NCBI GenBank assembly: GCA_964276515.1
Contig: OZ193909.1
Coordinates: forward strand, 18,476,001 to 18,540,000
DNA: 64,000 bases
Origin: Gordius albopunctatus
Taxonomy: Eukaryota
Direction of reading: 5' to 3'
The position numbers and the translations under genes were made by a program. Shown here one piece after another: positions 59,562 through 64,000 of the stretch. Position 1 is the stretch's first letter. Each line of letters opens with the position of its first letter. The notes below the pieces were generated by a model. It saw only the letters and a program-made list of their open reading frames with translations, ran no database searches and was not told the origin of the DNA.

Positions 59562-61402
59562 GTCTAATTACATAACCTGGTTTTGATGAGTCTATGAACG
59601 ATTTTTGAAAATATTCCCCTGGTAGCCTTAACGTCGTTCCATAAACCATTTCCGAAGGGGTGTATCCGATATCTTCTTTAATTGTCGACCTAATGCTGAG
59701 AAGAATTAATGGTAGTGTTTCACTCCATTTTGTCGTATCTTCTTGTGACATGATGGAAGCTTTTAATTGCCCATGAAAGCGCTCAACTAAACCATTAGAA
59801 CACGGGTGATAGGCTGTAGTTTTGATATGGTCAAATCCTAATGTGGATGATTATTCTCGAAATAAACAGGATGTAAATTGAGCACCTCTATCAGTAGTTA
59901 TAATCTTTGGGACACCAAAGTTGGCAATCCAATGTTGAATAAATATTCTTGCTAAATTTTCGGCTGATATATCGTTGATTGGTATTGCGATTGGCCATCT
60001 CGTAAAGCGATCGATGGCTGTAAGAATATGGGTGTAGTGAGATGAAGGTGGCAAAGGGCCTACCACATCCATATGTACGTGACTGAACCTTTCGTCGGTG
60101 TCGTCAAAAGTGCCAGGGGAAGTAATAGTGTGTTTGTTCACTTTAGACTTTTGACATTTTATGCATTCTTTTGTCCAATTCCGAATATCTTTATTCATCG
60201 AGGGCCACACAAAACTGCGAGTAATTAGTCTTTGAGTTGCTCGAATCCCGGGATGTGAAAGAGAGTGAAAGTGATCGAAGAAATCCTTTCTTAGTTTTGT
60301 TGGTATAAGTGGTCGAGGTGAACCTGTCGATATGTCGCAAAGAATGTCTTCTTGACAACCAGGTCTTTTTAATTTTACGAGACGTAAAGATTTAGTGTTG
60401 AGCAATAACTCAGTATCATTCATTTGGTTCAAGACTATTTGAATCTCATTCGGACAAATAGGTAAAGTTAAAGAATTTATGTCTGATCGAGATAGTGTGT
60501 CCGCTGTAATATTACTATTACCTTTTATAAAGCGAATGTCAGTGCTGAATTGAGAGACATAATCTAAATGTCGGATTTCTCTGGGTGAATAACGATCAAT
60601 TTTTGCCTGGAAAGAATAAATTAAAGGTTTATGATCCGTAAATATAGTAAAATTGCGTCCCTCTAGTATGTGTTTGAAATGTTTAATCGCCAAAAAAATA
60701 GCTAGTAATTCTCGACTAAATGTACTATAGCGTGCTTGAGCTGCTGATAATTTTTGAGAAAAAAAGGCTAATGGTTCTTGTTTGTGATTGCTTACCTGAT
60801 GCAAAACTCCCCCAACTGCTATGTTCGAAGCATCTGTGGTTAATGTTAACCAACTGTTTGATTTCAAAAATCCTAAATTGGTTGCTTTAATTATACTTTC
60901 TTTTAAGAGATTAAATGAATTCATTTCTACCTCCATTAATTTAATATCTTTCTCATCATTGTTTAATAAGTCGGTAAGTGGTTTCGAAATTGAAGCACAA
61001 TTTGGTATAAAACGTCTATAAAAATTCACCATACCTAAAAAACGTTTCAAACTTTTCATGGTTTGAGGAATTGGAAAATCCCTAATTGCATCAATATTGT
61101 TTGACAAGGGGCGTATGCCATTTTGATCGACATGATGACCGAGAAAGTTTCATGATTTTACCCCCAAAGAACATTTTGATAGATTTATGCGAATACCGTA
61201 TGTTTGTAACTGTTGAGAGGTGTAATTTGTGTTCATGTTCTGTGGAACTGGCGATAAGTATATCATCGATGTAAGCATACACAAAATCCAAACCATTAAA
61301 AATTTCATCTATGAGGCGCTGAAATGTTTGTGCTGCGTTCCGCACTCCGAACGGCATTCTTACAAATTCAAACAGTCCAAAAGGTGTTGTGATTGCGGTC
61401 TT
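59560..61402 (-). pseudogene. Inverted pol segment of the same element (RT end, RNase H, integrase), with frameshift and stops
   Basis: YIDD, TDASN, ELLAI, FTDHKPL, HSLSH..CIKC, HMDVVGP, TDRGAQF. Stop after LFRE; frame break after HLSTV. Confidence 0.9.
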
Positions 61403-61602
61403 NNNNNNNNNNNNNNNNNNNNNNNNNNNNNNNNNNNNNNNNNNNNNNNNNNNNNNNNNNNNNNNNNNNNNNNNNNNNNNNNNNNNNNNNNNNNNNNNNN
61501 NNNNNNNNNNNNNNNNNNNNNNNNNNNNNNNNNNNNNNNNNNNNNNNNNNNNNNNNNNNNNNNNNNNNNNNNNNNNNNNNNNNNNNNNNNNNNNNNNNNN
61601 NN
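61403..61602. other. Assembly gap (200 N)
   Basis: Run of N; the round length suggests a scaffolding placeholder. Confidence 0.99.
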
Positions 61603-64000
61603 GAACGCAGCACAAACATAAGTCTAATTACATAACCTGGTTTTGATGAGTCTATGAACGATTTTTGAAAATATTCCCCTGGTAGCCTTAACGTCGTTCC
61701 ATAAACCATTTCCGAAGGGGTGTATCCGATATCTTCTTTAATTGTCGACCTAATGCTGAGAAGAATTAATGGTAGTGTTTCACTCCATTTTGTCGTATCT
61801 TCTTGTGACATGATGGAAGCTTTTAATTGCCCATGAAAGCGCTCAACTAAACCATTAGAACACGGGTGATAGGCTGTAGTTTTGATATGGTCAAATCCTA
61901 ATGTGGATGATTATTCTCGAAATAAACAGGATGTAAATTGAGCACCTCTATCAGTAGTTATAATCTTTGGGACACCAAAGTTGGCAATCCAATGTTGAAT
62001 AAATATTCTTGCTAAATTTTCGGCTGATATATCGTTGATTGGTATTGCGATTGGCCATCTCGTAAAGCGATCGATGGCTGTAAGAATATGGGTGTAGTGA
62101 GATGAAGGTGGCAAAGGGCCTACCACATCCATATGTACGTGACTGAACCTTTCGTCGGTGTCGTCAAAAGTGCCAGGGGAAGTAATAGTGTGTTTGTTCA
62201 CTTTAGACTTTTGACATTTTATGCATTCTTTTGTCCAATTCCGAATATCTTTATTCATCGAGGGCCACACAAAACTGCGAGTAATTAGTCTTTGAGTTGC
62301 TCGAATCCCGGGATGTGAAAGAGAGTGAAAGTGATCGAAGAAATCCTTTCTTAGTTTTGTTGGTATAAGTGGTCGAGGTGAACCTGTCGATATGTCGCAA
62401 AGAATGTCTTCTTGACAACCAGGTCTTTTTAATTTTACGAGACGTAAAGATTTAGTGTTGAGCAATAACTCAGTATCATTCATTTGGTTCAAGACTATTT
62501 GAATCTCATTCGGACAAATAGGTAAAGTTAAAGAATTTATGTCTGATCGAGATAGTGTGTCCGCTGTAATATTACTATTACCTTTTATAAAGCGAATGTC
62601 AGTGCTGAATTGAGAGACATAATCTAAATGTCGGATTTCTCTGGGTGAATAACGATCAATTTTTGCCTGGAAAGAATAAATTAAAGGTTTATGATCCGTA
62701 AATATAGTAAAATTGCGTCCCTCTAGTATGTGTTTGAAATGTTTAATCGCCAAAAAAATAGCTAGTAATTCTCGACTAAATGTACTATAGCGTGCTTGAG
62801 CTGCTGATAATTTTTGAGAAAAAAAGGCTAATGGTTCTTGTTTGTGATTGCTTACCTGATGCAAAACTCCCCCAACTGCTATGTTCGAAGCATCTGTGGT
62901 TAATGTTAACCAACTGTTTGATTTCAAAAATCCTAAATTGGTTGCTTTAATTATACTTTCTTTTAAGAGATTAAATGAATTCATTTCTACCTCCATTAAT
63001 TTAATATCTTTCTCATCATTGTTTAATAAGTCGGTAAGTGGTTTCGAAATTGAAGCACAATTTGGTATAAAACGTCTATAAAAATTCACCATACCTAAAA
63101 AACGTTTCAAACTTTTCATGGTTTGAGGAATTGGAAAATCCCTAATTGCATCAATATTGTTTGACAAGGGGCGTATGCCATTTTGATCGACATGATGACC
63201 GAGAAAGTTTCATGATTTTACCCCCAAAGAACATTTTGATAGATTTATGCGAATACCGTATGTTTGTAACTGTTGAGAGGTGTAATTTGTGTTCATGTTC
63301 TGTGGAACTGGCGATAAGTATATCATCGATGTAAGCATACACAAAATCCAAACCATTAAAAATTTCATCTATGAGGCGCTGAAATGTTTGTGCTGCGTTC
63401 CGCACTCCGAACGGCATTCTTACAAATTCAAACAGTCCAAAAGGTGTTGTGATTGCGGTCTTAGGGATGTCCTCTGGTGCCATCGGAATTTGATGGTAAG
63501 CTTTTACTAAATCCAACTTTGAAAAAATGCATTTACCTGTTAGATTTAAAGCGAAATCATGTAGATGTGGAATGGGGTATCTATCAGGTTTTGTTGCGTA
63601 ATTAAGCATTCTAAAATCTCCACATGGACGCCATGTCCCTGGGGTCTCTTTTGGTACCATATGTAAGGGGGATGACCATTTACTATGTGAGGGTTTTATT
63701 ATGCCTAATCTACTCATCTCTTCAAATTCTTTTTTTGCTATTTTAAATTTTTCGGGGTTTAAACGTCGTGGAGAACAATGTATCGCTGGTCCTTTCGTTA
63801 TTATATGGTGTTGGGTATTATGTTTCACTTTCTCATTAAAATCTGGTGGCTTTGTAATATCAGGAAATTGTTTTAATATAGAGTAAAAATCATTATCCTG
63901 TGGAATTGGACTGTTTATAGATGACATTGAGGAATTGGTTATATTCGATAATTTTAGAGAATAATTTTGTGGATTAATTATGCGTTTATTTTTAACATCA
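61603..64000 (-). pseudogene. Second copy of the inverted pol segment, continuing through RT towards protease and off the window
   Basis: 61603-63462 repeats 59543-61402 (offset 2060; identical 418-aa ORFs). 63384-64000 is the reverse complement of 58943-59559. Confidence 0.9.

Noticed and set aside
61091..61811. ORFs containing X runs
   Set aside because: Artefacts of translating through the N gap.

Overview
AT-rich animal (invertebrate-like) genomic DNA; nothing here looks prokaryotic and there is no CRISPR array, rRNA or intact tRNA gene. Two host genes lie on the + strand. CYFIP/Sra-1 spans 15933-38740 (20 coding exons, about 1498 aa by my hand-built exon chain). Beta-catenin/armadillo spans 47133-56724 (15 coding exons, about 945 aa). 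Both carry low-complexity insertions relative to the human proteins. The left end is a palindrome (16-bp spacer at 4411-4426, arms at least 4.4 kb) built from nested elements: a CRE-like LINE, a hAT inside it and a Helitron inside the hAT. An intact-looking Ty3/Gypsy element with apparently identical 175-bp LTRs sits in one arm only. The right end is a CsRn1-like Gypsy element that switches into an inverted copy of itself, next to a 200-N gap flanked by a 1.86-kb direct duplication that is probably an assembly artefact. Introns hold DINE-1/HINE-like elements with satellite arrays (an inverted pair around CYFIP exons 14-17), hAT-type MITEs with 8-bp TSDs, RTE fragments and a degenerate hammerhead-ribozyme-like motif. 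All coordinates, counts and family assignments were made by eye from the sequence and from recalled family motifs; no searches were run.
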